64,000 nucleotides of DNA from Paraspadella gotoi (Eukaryota > Animalia > Chaetognatha): contig CM119265.1 in NCBI GenBank assembly GCA_051294375.1, positions 15,990,896 to 16,054,895 of the forward strand, in the 5' to 3' direction. The notes under the pieces were generated by a model. The model worked only from the letters and a program-made list of their open reading frames with translations, was not told where the DNA came from and did not search any database. Made by a program: the position numbers and the translations under genes. Below, one piece after another: positions 37,908 through 49,858 of the stretch (within the stretch, counting starts at the first letter, position 1; the number at the start of each line of letters is the position of its first letter).

Positions 37908-40900
37908 ATGTATATAGTTTGGTTCCAAGCGCTCGTCTTGGCGTCGCTGTTGAGGGCTGGTTCCCTATTGGTGTCGCCAAACATCCAATGGACGCCGTGC
38001 GTTCGAGGATGTCGTTGCCAAACCGAGCGACTCTCGGAGAAAAGGTTCTTAAAGCGATTTCAATAGATTTAAACAATTAATTCCAATTATCGAGAATTCT
38101 TTAATTATAAAGCGTCGCCACTTTGGGCGAGAACGCCACGACATCTAAAGATCATCTCTATGTCGTCTGCACCCGAGGCCACAATATCAGTTTGCCCCAA
38201 TTTCTCGAAAAACTGTTCCGATTGAATTTTGAGTTCCACCGCTTTCGTGAGGTTCGAAAAAGTTGAAATATCAATTCGTAGTTATCTTACCTTCGATTTC
38301 CAGTCAAAATTTTTTTCCCCGCTCTTCTTTCCTAGGTTTCCGTGGAGGGACTGCTCATTCCTACGTTTTCGCCCTCTTCCTTCCTCGTTTTTTCTCGATT
38401 GGAGATACTAAACCTTCGTAACAATCGAATCTCACGAATAGCCTCGTTGGCCTCCGACGCTCTGGCCACTACCGACGTCTCGATAGACGCCGCCACTTCA
38501 GTACCGGGGGCAGAAGCCATGGCCTCGACCGATAAGGGCGCCGAAATAGAGGCCCGCCTCGTATCACTCGATTTGCGGTCCAACAATATCAGGGAGGTCG
38601 GGGAAGAGACCTTCAAGAAGATGAAACGTCTCCGTGTATTAAACCTTGGCTCAAACAACCTACATTCCCTTTCCGTCGATGCATTTATAGAGAACCGCAA
38701 TCTCCGGGAGCTCCACTTGCAGGCAGGATGTTATTAATGCGAGGAATAATGAAAAAGCGTATAACTTTATTATTCTTTATTGATTAAGGTTCACGATTTT
38801 TTTTTTTCGCGCAGGACAACTTCATTATGACATTGCCGCAAAATATCTTCGATTCATTGACTCATCTCAAGAGTTTGGATCTAAGCCGCAATCAAGTTTT
38901 CTACCTCCGTAAGACGTTTTTCCAAATATTTCCCCCACCCATACCCATACCTATACATTACCCATACCATAGTTAATATTAGTAATTCTCTTTTTTAAAT
39001 TCAACCCAGATGACGGAGCGTTCTCCTCGCTTCGGGAGCTGCGATACCTCAAATTAAGTTCCAATTTTTTGACCTTAATTCCGCGCCAATGCTTTAGTTC
39101 TCTGCCCCACTCGGCCAGTATCAGCATTCAAAACAACCCCTTTCAGTGCGCCTGCGGGATCGAGTGGTTGTTGAGCGAGTTTCTTGCCAACAGGTCGGCA
39201 GTTGTTTGTACCCATTTGTTACTTGTATTGGTGAATGACGATCAACGCTGAAAATTTGGTTCCATTTGGTTCCATTCACTCGCAGATACACATTCGACGA
39301 ACCCTACTCTATCCGTTGTGCCTCGCCCTCGAATTTGGCGGACCAACCTTTGATCTCCCTATTCCCGGATCCCGCCGTCCCGTTGCCGTGCGATCCGCCG
39401 TCCGTCTCCATTTCCGGTTCGGGCCTTGACACCGGCTCAATTCCAGGTTCCATTTACGAGTCCATGTTCGGAGCCGATCCCGAAACCGTCGATAAGGCCG
39501 TCGTTTTAGTTCGCGGAAACGCCGAACTCAGCTGCAACGTCAAAGCGGGGATGCCCCGTCCCTCTCTTTTGTGGGAGCTGCCTTCTGGTACAATTTTCTG
39601 CCTTTGTACTCCGGTTTTATTTCAAAATAATTATATCATATTTATTAATTTTTTGTAGGGAAAAAGATGGCTGTCCCACATGCGCATCACATATCGCAGC
39701 AACTTATTAACCATGCAAATATTACGGATTTTAGATCGTTTCAAATGAAGCCGCTCGATTCAGAGCACACAATTTCGGTACTTACGGACTGAGTCGACTG
39801 ACATTAATAATTTATACTATAGTATGTAATTCATACTTCATAAATTTTAAGTTATAGGTGATTTTTTATATTTGAATAAAATTGAAGCAACCAATATAAA
39901 AATTTTCATTCATTCAATAAATTTTATTCTTTCAACAAGGTTGAAAACGATAAACAATAAAAGGCTCAGATGCTAAGTCTATAACAATGGTATTTACAAG
40001 GTCAAAGTTTGATCATAAAGAGAAAGAGGGTAAACGAACGAGGGTGAGGTCATTTCAGTCACTAATATCAAGGTTGCGTGTTGTCGTTGTCCACACTATC
40101 ATGCTTCTGACTTTGGACAGACTCTCATAAGATAATAACATATCATCAAGACTCTCTCACAGTCTAGTTAACTCCCGAGTACCTAGTTTCCCTATTAATT
40201 AAGTAGATTAATGTTTCTATAAGTATTTAATCGGGGAATATTATGTAGTACTCCGCACTAGAATCAAAATAGAACATTGGTTCAACCAAATATTCAAAAA
40301 ATAAGCTATATTAGGCTATATTAGTGGCTATTAATATTATAGACTTAATACAACAATTTCATTTCAATAGGAGTTTTGTAGACAAAAATTAAAATTTAAT
40401 TTAGGTAATGAAAACAATTTTAGCATATAACTTTGAGCATTGAGCAATGGCTTTTTTTCTTAGGTTGCACCACCGGGCATTTTGCATTTAACCGATTTCC
40501 GGTTTCCCTTCGCCGGAAACTACACTTGCCACGCCCTCTCTCCCGCCGGGAACTCCTCTGCTTCGATCACGGTGGAAATTCAAAGTGCCGTTTGGAAAGT
40601 CTACATCTCATCGCTATTCATCTGTTTTGGAACAGTCGCTGTTTCCATCATTTTAGCGGCGTCCATAGGTCAGCACTCGGTTGAAAATATACTACGTACT
40701 GTATTTGTTTTTAAAATTATATTTATGGTCTTGAAGTTAAAGATAGTCTGTATTTAAGAGACAACGATTAATTTTAACGAAGGATAATTTTAATTTTTCT
40801 CCGGTGAGTCGTAAAATATAAAAAGTAAAGTTATTTAATCCTTGGAGGAGTACATTTGTTGTTGTCACATCTGTAAAAAAGCGTACTTCATTTTAGTATC

Positions 40901-43634
40901 TTCACGTAACTCGTACTAAGAGTAAAAGTAAAGTAAAAGTAAACGAAATGACCTTGTAATCCGACAGTTCATTTTCTGTGGATCTGAGCAAAAGGTCGCT
41001 TGCGTCGCGAATGTCGTGTAGGCGCACGAGCGCCGATGAAGGATTTTTCCGTCTCTTAAATCCACATACCTTATCGTCATCGTTTTTTGTTTTGTGTATT
41101 TTTTTTGTAAATTTTCCTAATTAAATGACATTTTAAATATTTTATACTTGAATTCGACGCATCCTCCGCATTCGAAGTTCATCGGCTGTTTGGCGCATTC
41201 CACGTTTCCGCACTTGATTGGTTTGTTTTTAGGATCACCGCATCGTTCTTTCTTTGGGCTTTTTCAAAAACATTTTCATGATTACAACCAAGACCAAGTC
41301 AAAGATTTTGATGATTCATTTTGTCACCTGTCTTTGTAACGGTAGTCTTTCTCGTATAAACAGACGGTACAAAAAGCAGGAGTAACCTCTGTAAAAATCT
41401 GCTTGATCAGAAGACAAAACAAGAAAAATATTTGATTCCTCATTATTTACATACGATAGTAATGTATCCGGCTTAAAATGTGTACTGCTAAAAGTTTTCG
41501 TCCTCATTTAACGTTTTCTCAGGATTGATCGTTCTATTGGTAACCCACTACGAGAACAAACGCCTTCAGTTGACGGGACTGGATGGAACGCCTCCCATAT
41601 ACCCGACCCCAGAAGAATCCCCGCAACTAACTCATCGCCTTCTCACCATTCCCGTTAACGCAGGTAAGTTTATATCACTTTAAGTCAGAAACACTTAGTC
41701 TATCGGCGTATCACTAAATTCTCGGAATTGCCGATACAGCGATGTTCGAAAACATCCGTGACGGTTACGACAGTCTGCGAAGCAAAATCAAAACCGGGTT
41801 GGACAAGCGAATGGAGAAAGGAAGATTACTGGTGGAGTTGGCTTGGGTTTCCGGAGAGACGGCCATCACTGGGCTTAGAGAAGGAACTTCCAGCGGAATT
41901 TTAAAGGTGAGTGACAGGAGGCAGTCGTCAACATTCTAAGAAATAAGCATTTTTCATTGATCTTTCCATCTAGGATAACAGATACATAAAAAGAAAGGTT
42001 TGTCTGACAAGGTGCTAAATATGTAAAATAGGATAAGCGGGTTCTTGTTAGTGATGCACTCGCCTTTTATATGATCTCACACTGTTGTCCAAAAATTTTA
42101 TTAACTATTCTTTGTCTAACAATCAATCTCGCTAATTCTAAAACATAAACATATGGCCCAACCAGCTTTGCTAATTTTCGAATGCTCTGTGGTTCAAAGC
42201 CGAGATAAGGCTTTGTGAGGATTTGTAAGACGTGTGAGGATTTAAGCATCCTATCGCAGTGCCGTTTGGGAAGTGATTTTTATATGCGGAACTCGGTAAT
42301 CTATTTGCTAACAATGAATAGGGTGCGTAATGTTTTTGAAAAAAACTTTAGTATAATATACGTAATCCTAGAATAATACGTGCGGTCTCCAAATTTTTAA
42401 TTTAGTGGGATTATTACGCTCCCATTGTTTTGATGTTCATTTTCGCCACTTCAACGTATTTACTCTCAGATCGATCATGTCGTGCGCGAAAGCGGCGTGG
42501 CGTTCACTCGAGGAATTCGTGAGGGCGGCGCCGCCGTCAACCGCACCATCCGTGAGAGCAGCGCCGTCGTTTCTCAAGCCGTTTACGATTCCGTCTCTGC
42601 CGTCAAGGTTAGTAATGAAAATATTAAAGGCTAAAGTTTTCAAATAATATTTTAATTTTAGGTGTAAAAAAAAATAAATTGCAAAATTACTACTTTTAAT
42701 TACTATGTTTAAATTGTAAACATAAATTGATTTATTACTTCTATATAGGTTAGTTGTGATGAGTATAAATAGTACCTTCTGATAGAGATATATAATTATA
42801 TATGTACTTGCGGAATTAAATTTTAATTTTAAAGGGGACAACACTATAAACTAAAATGTAATTCTATTGTTTTTACCTCATCCATTTTAAAATTAAGTGG
42901 AGTTTTGAGATAATCACTGATTAGTTAGCTGGGAATCTATATTATATTAATAATTGTAAAACTGCAGTGGATCACATATTGAGGAATATTCATAAAACGT
43001 TTGTCTTAACCCCCCCCAACAGGACAATGTAAAGACGTTAAAGGATTTGTGCGGTGGCGTCCCAACCACGGCGTCGATCTGTGGCGACACCCCCGCTATT
43101 GAGAACGGCGAACTGGACGATCGTTGTTTCGATGAGGCTTTCATTGCTGGAAGGCGAAGCCTCGCCAACGGCGTCGTCATCGGCGCCGTCGTCGTTAACG
43201 CCGACGAGTTTCTTCAGGAGTCGGCGACCGACAATATCGGGATCGAAGCGCAGGTCCACCGACATCGGGAAGACGATTTCCGCGACTTCGCTCGAGTCAG
43301 CAAAGTCAACGAGAACAAGAGATCGAAACTGAAAAACGATTCCAGCAAAAACCATCGAACGTCGCCTCTGACGTTGACGCTCAACTCCATCGCCGAGGAT
43401 GAAAGCGAAGGCGGCGGAGGCGGCGTCGCCAACTGCGCGGAAAGCGAAGAGAGCCCAGTCGTGAAGAACGATGTCGACGTCAGCGGAGGAGAGATCGATA
43501 TTATCCTCTCGAAAAGTCTGGGAGATGAATGCGGCGTCGAAGAGGTCGATTTCGGCGACGTTACGAACTCTCACAGTGACGATACTGCGAATGGAAGCGA
43601 TGGAGCTTCGTCCCAACACGTGCCTACTGCCTAG
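37908..43634 (+). CDS. Type I membrane LRR + Ig protein (LIG family, IGLR-2/ISLR-like architecture). Exons 37908-38044, 38113-38251, 38336-38722, 38815-38908, 39010-39193, 39286-39587, 39659-39777, 40464-40668, 41523-41663, 41740-41906, 42470-42607, 43023-43634
   Basis: Signal peptide, LRRNT (PCVRGCRC), LxxLxLxxN repeats, LRRCT (NNPFQCACGIEWL...CASP), Ig (LSCNVKAGMPRPSLLW...GNYTCHA), TM segment, long cytoplasmic tail. Confidence 0.88.
40831..41443 (-). CDS. Secreted three-finger/Ly6-uPAR-like Cys-rich protein, 127 aa, nested antisense. Exons 41443-41328, 41258-41148, 41069-40953, 40870-40831
   Basis: Three GT-AG phase-2 introns give one open frame: MRNQIFFLFCLLIKQIFTEVTPAFCTVC...RCGDP...KCGNVEC...CGGCVEFK...RRSC...FC...NCRITRCDNNKCTPPRIK*. 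Confidence 0.8.
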
Positions 43635-44166
43635 ACTTATAAAACCGTAGTCCTTAACCTAATATTCTTATACTTATACTTATTTATCAATCAATGGGAT
43701 TCCGGGCAAAACCTATTCGGGTTTCATTCCGGGAAATTCGAACCCGTGGCGCGAGATCATAAAATACATTACTCTGTTTTATATTATCATTATTACTTTT
43801 AACACCACATCTAGCAGATTAAATTTACACACTGGTCCACCAACTTTTAGGGAATCATTTGTGAGTGATACTCGGAAAATTCGCGTTTTGGTTATAATTA
43901 AAAATAAAAATAAATTTAACAATTACTAAATATTTATTAAAATGTATTATTAAAATCAGTTTGCATACAACAAAGTGGAATTAGATAGCTAAATTCATGT
44001 TTAAGACAAACCCATAACTATAACAATCAAGGTGCTGACAATGATTATGTATGATCGCAGTATGAAAATATTTTCTATAAAACATTTCATTAGGACGTAT
44101 ATTAGTCCTAATATTAATTTTTTATCGCTTAATGTAAGCCAATTAAAACTAAATTATAAAAAGTAA

Positions 44167-47100
44167 TCATTGGTTTATTTCCCATCCTTTAGAAGCGCAC
44201 CATTCATACGCATTTATAAAGATCTTCATCCACGGAGATTCCATCTTGTCGTCGACCTTTCTGTCAATCCAGGGCCACTGCCTCCAAAGGGTACAGCGCT
44301 CCGGATGAGGCATGAGGGCCAAGTGGCGCCCGTTAGGTGAGACGACTCCAGTGATTCCACGTGGTGATCCGTTGGGATTGTGCGGGTACGCCTCAGTTCC
44401 CACGCTGTCTCCAGGGGCCACGAATTGGAGACAGGCAAGCGAGTTAGATTGAAGTTTGTCCAAAAAAGACTCAGGATCTGAAGGGTTATGGTTGCTTCAC
44501 AGGTCACAAAACGAATGTCCAAGTTTAACAGGGCAGTAATTTGAATTTCAGAGCTAACCGTTTTGAACGACTTGAAGGCGACCCTCCCCGTGGGCAACCC
44601 AAACGCCGAGGCGCCAGTTGTCCATTCCCTTCAACAATATCGAAGGCGATGGGTTGATTTGGACGCAGGAAAACCGTGATTCGAATCGACCGCTGGTGTA
44701 AGAAAGGCTCTAGATTAACGCTTAAGTGAAAAAAAAAATTTATTGCACTTTTTTGTTTACCTGTGGTTGTGAGTATACCGTAGAGGTTTCGATGCTTCCA
44801 TATCGAGTCGGGGCGGTGAATTTTCTTTATCGAATTCGTCGTCTTCCAAATCTCCTATCCATCCCAACAGCGCCATCAGCTGACATCCATTGCAAACTCC
44901 CAGTGAAAAGGTTTCCGGTCTGAAGAAAAGACGACAGAATTGGTTGACATTCATGACCGGTTCTTTTTATTTGTACTCACCTGCTGTAAAAACTTTCAAA
45001 TTGTATCCTGGCTATCGGATTCGCCAAAATCGTGGCGGCCCAGCCCTTTGCTGACCCAAAAACGTCCCCGTAGCTGAATCCGCCTACAAAGGCGAGCCCG
45101 ATGAAGTCCTGCAGCGAGACGCGTCCAGAAACGATGTCGGTCATTGTCACGTCGTAAACAGCAAATCCCACTGTTTTAAAGGCGGCCGCCATCTCTCTAT
45201 CTCCGTTACTCCCTTCTTCTCTAACAATAGCGACATTGAAAGTATTGTCGGTGACTGTAGAAAGCTCGGAAGGCATTCTCCATTCTTCGTCCCATCTGTA
45301 TCGGATGGCGGGGAGATCGGCATCGAACATGGCGGCTTCTTGGTCAATGCATGTTGGATTGGCCTGAAGGCGGTCGAGTGTCAATGATGTTGTTTCCCAC
45401 GTGCGTCTTAAAGATGACAAAGAGTGGCTCAACACGCGCACTCCGTTTAATGACACAGACACCATAGCCTCCTTAATAGGATCTGTGACCGTCCCGATGA
45501 GTTTCGCTGAAATACTTGCTTCTTCAAACTTTCTGACGACGGCTTCCATTTTATCAGATTCAACTTCTAAAATGAGACCAGGCTCTTCCGAAAATATTTC
45601 TTTCCAGTCATTCTCGCTGGATTCAAGGTTGATGTCGAGAGAAATCGAATGAGCAGCAAATGCCATTTCGAGGATGGTGACGATTATTCCTCCGTCACTT
45701 ATGTCGTGCCCTGCTAAAATGTCTTCGTTTTCAATGAGATCCTGCAGGAAAAAAAAATGTAGCTGATGGAATCGAAAGCACGTTTATCGTTTTCTTCAAA
45801 GTTGTAATTCACCTGCATAATTTCAAAAGTTCTTTTTAAGGATTCCGAGTCATCCAGGTCAGGACAATCATTTCCCAATTGTTTGTAGCATTGAGCTAAT
45901 GCGGTTCCTCCAAGTCGTCGCTTGCCTACAAAATAATTAGTTTATACATACATAATTTTGAATTTCCATTATTAAAAATATTAATTATCACCATTTCCCA
46001 GATCAATGTGAAGGACTTGTGTTTTTCCTATTTTTCCTTTAAATTCTGGCGTCAGTTTTTTCGTGACGTCTGGCACTGTTGTATATGCACTGATTACGAG
46101 AGCACCAGGCGCCTTCACTGTCTTTTCCCTTACTCTTGCCGCCATACTCAATGAATCTTTACCCCCATCAATTGCAATTCCAATGTTGTTCATTATTTGA
46201 CACATCGCTTCACAGGCACGAACTAATTTAACTCCTTCGCCCTCCAATTTTGCCGGCCACATCCAGTTAGCGCTACATTTGATGTCTCTTAAGGACGTCA
46301 CTCGGACCATGGACATTGAAAGAACTGCTTCCGTAACAGCTAATCGTGCTCCCGCGGCAGGATTGATTAAAGTCTTTATGGGTTGCTCGCCAATCGTCGT
46401 AGCCGCACCGCAGAGGTCAAAGTGTGAGAGGCAGACAAGAGCAAAGTCGGACAGTGGAGTATGATGGGGACCGACGCATTGTTGCTGAGCCACCAATCCA
46501 GTGACTGAACGATCTACTTTATTTGTAAGAAATCTTTTGGAACCCACAGTTGGCAGTTTCAAGACTCGATCTAAAGCGTCTTCAATTCTCAAATCCTGCT
46601 GAAAATCAAGAGGTAAGAGTTCTTCTCTCAAGCTCGAAAGGTCGAATTGCTTGGGAGGCATGTCGCCGAGAATTTCACCTAAGCTCAAGTTTACAGGATC
46701 TCCTCTATCATGCGATGGGTCACTGCTCTGCCTCCGTTTCGTCGGGGGTGAATTAGTCAATGAGTAAACTTGTTCGTCTTCATCAAAATCTTTCAAAACG
46801 ATTTGTCCATCTCCTGTCACCTTGCCTACTACGTCGACTGCGCATTTCTCCCTTTTTGCCATTTGCTGAAGGAAATCGACATCAATTGGGTCAACAAGAG
46901 CGGCGTTGCTTTCTTGATATTCTGCCCCCCAGATCTCTTGTACCGAGATCGAATTGTCTCCGGTAGAGAATTTGGAAGCATAAACTATGCCTCCACCATT
47001 CTCCCCTTCAACGATCTCTTTTAAAACATTACCGTTTCCCCCCGCTCCTTGATCGTGAATAGATTTTAATGGGTTTTTTATTTGGTCAGTTTGAGCGTAG

Positions 47101-48856
47101 GCTCGTTCCGCACAAGATCTTATGATGCGGTTCATCTTTTGTTCCATTTCGGGATCCCCTCGTTGGACAGCTCCGAAATCAAGGTCGGTGGAATTATCTC
47201 CTTGTATTGTTATTGAAGATGCGGCACCGCCACCCATTCCGATTCTGTATACTGGTCCCCCGACCTTCACAATGCTGTCTCCGGGTTTAGGTGGATCCTT
47301 TTTTGTATTATCCCTTAAAATAGTTCCAATACCTCCTGAAAACATTATCGGTTTTATCCATTCCCGACGGTTAGAAACTTCACTGCTGGTCTGGTGTTCT
47401 TGAAATTTGATCATTTGCCCGAATGATCTGGAAAAACCTAATATTAAAGGCTCTCCAAATTTATTTCCATAATCAGAAGCTCCATTGGAAGCCTGAATAA
47501 TAATTTCTAACGGAGAAGAAAAGTTACAAGGGTATTCTGTTTTATCTTCCCATGGCAGATCAAAACCTAGAATGTGAAGATTACCAAAAGCATAGCCAGC
47601 GGTACCTGCAATTGGTAAGCCTCCTTTTCCAACTGCCTGAACATCTCTCAGACGCCCACCAGTTCCAGTTGCTGCCCCAGGAAAAGGAGCAACCCCAGTT
47701 GGAAAATTGTGTGTTTCTGCAGTAAATACAACATCCGTTTTAACCGGTCTTGATCGCTCTAATTCATATGCACTAGAAGAAAAAGATTTTGGTCCTAGAG
47801 CCTTAACGTCAAATCCGTTGATTGCCGAAGAATTATCAGAAAACGCGATTACGTTATTCTCGTTGGAAAATTGTTTTGTCGATGCAACAAGTTTAAAAAG
47901 GTTGGTCGGTAAAGGTTTCCCATCTATATTAAGATTACCTTTAAAAAACCAATGGCGAGAATGTTCGCTGTTTGATTGTGCAAGATCGAAACATTCGACA
48001 TTGGTGGGATCACGTTTTAGCTTGTCCCGAAACAGAGTCAGGTAGAAATCAAGGTCCCATTTATCCCATGCCAGACCGAGATTATTGTTTGCTTCTTCAA
48101 GGGCTTTGCGGCCAAGATCTAAAACAGGAATTGAATACCAGGGTTCTCTTTGCAACCCAGGTATGGAAAACGTTTCCAAAGGCTTGTCATTGATCGTTTC
48201 TGTCATTCGGTCATAAAGAATTTCGTTTATTTTGGCTATATTCTTTGGTGAAAAAACTTTGCTGGAATTTTGCGTATCGGTTGAATACGTAAATTTGTAT
48301 CTTATAGCTCGTTCCAATCGTTTAACTTTGTGAATTCCAATTGCATGACAAATGCTAACAGCGTTTGTAGAAAAAGGAGTAGAAAACGACAACCTTGGAC
48401 CAACTTCAATAACGACGGTTTCGTCGTTCTGAGAAAAAGGAATTTTACTTAATCTGCTTCTTAAACCCAGATGCGTTTTTCTTGATTTGAGACAATCGGG
48501 CTCTAATATCAGCCACGATAACTTATCAATAACATCGTTAAAATAGAGCTCAATGTCTTCCGGATCGTCAAATGCTTTTTCATCGAGTTCAACATAATAG
48601 CAAAACTCGGTCTTCAAAGTTAAGCTAAAACTTTCGTTATTTATTCTGACAGGAGAGATGGTGGTTTTGTCTATTTCGCCTTCTCCATCATAGCCAAGCA
48701 GTTGAAAAACCTAATTAAAATGTGAGCGCTGAATAGTCTTTAGAATTTGACATTTTATTCATTAGTAATTCATACCTGTTGCAATAGTTGAGTTTCTTTG
48801 GAAATGGCCAGTCCTGGAGTTACGTAGAGAGGAAGCAAAGGAATTTTTGTTTCCAT
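44167..48856 (-). CDS. PFAS: Phosphoribosylformylglycinamidine synthase. Exons 48856-48776, 48710-45992, 45925-45813, 45741-44981, 44919-44761, 44692-44559, 44477-44167
   Basis: EVGPRLSFSTP, QSNSEHSRHWFF, AETHNFPTGVAPFPGAATGTGG, SIHDQGAGG, DGGKDSLSM, GGFSYGDV, GVCNGCQLM, WVAHGEG, YPHNPNGS, MPHPER. Confidence 0.98.
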
Positions 48857-49858
48857 TTTAATTTTAAAACATTAAAATAAAATCAGATTAGTGGTGATGC
48901 TACGTTGAAGTCGATCGGTTGTGAATAGGAAAAAAGACTTTGTTTCCTCCTTGGCTTTAGCGGCTTATCAGGATAAGGGTGAACCCCTGTGATAGCTTTT
49001 GAGAATCCGATTCATAACCTCCAGATATAACCGAGCGTGTTTAAACTTGTTTTACTGCCGAGAAATAATCAAAGACATTCTGGCCTTTACGAAGATCATT
49101 AAACCCATGCCAAAACAGTTCAGCAAGAGCAATCACTCATACCCTGTTAAGATAAGAATTTCATAAATTATAATAAGGCGGGAGATCTAAGAGAAGAAGC
49201 AAGACTTTTAACATAGAGGTTTTGCGACGACCAATCAGAATAAAGCTTTTAGGGCGACCCGAATCATCAGGTGAAGTCAACCAATCAACAGATGCTACAT
49301 TTTTCGGTGTAGAAGTTACCCGCTCTCTGCGGCATAAAATTCCTACTAACCTCTGGATGACCTCTATAGTCTACATTGCCCCTTAAAAAAATTTACGTAC
49401 TATTTAACTATTATAACTATTTAACTATAAAAAATTATGTACTATATAACCTACTATAATTGACCTAAAAGAGAGCTAAAATTATTTTCAGTCAGCCATC
49501 CTTTTTAATGTCGTTTGCTTATTTTCTCCATGGATTTTTTTGGATATTTTATGATTTTCTTTGGTTGTATGAAATTTTGAATTTTTTTAACGTTCAGTAA
49601 CTAAATTTAAAATAAAGTTTTAGGTGTGTAAAATCTAATTTATAATGATTTATCTATGTTTTCTAATCAGGTTTTGTCACACTTTACCCTTCTCAGCTTA
49701 ACTTTCCTCAGATACTGCTTCGCAGGCGAGAAGAAAACAAAAGATTTTTGCGCCTTGCTCGTTGCGCCACCTCTGCTAATTTCGGCAGATGATCCGAAAA
49801 GTGTGTCTCCTGCTCGAAAACGTTTTCTATTCTTTACAAAATCCCCGTTGTTACCGTC
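48857..49858. promoter_or_regulatory. Likely bidirectional promoter region between head-to-head PFAS and FIP1L1
   Basis: ~1 kb between divergent ATGs; CCAATCA boxes at 49231 and 49281. Confidence 0.5.

Noticed and set aside
41950-42310. Second nested antisense gene in an LRR-Ig intron
   Set aside because: Only short motif-less ORFs with no consistent exon chain.
44460-44600. Apparent frameshift in the PFAS glutaminase domain
   Set aside because: Resolved by a GT-AG intron at 44558-44478.
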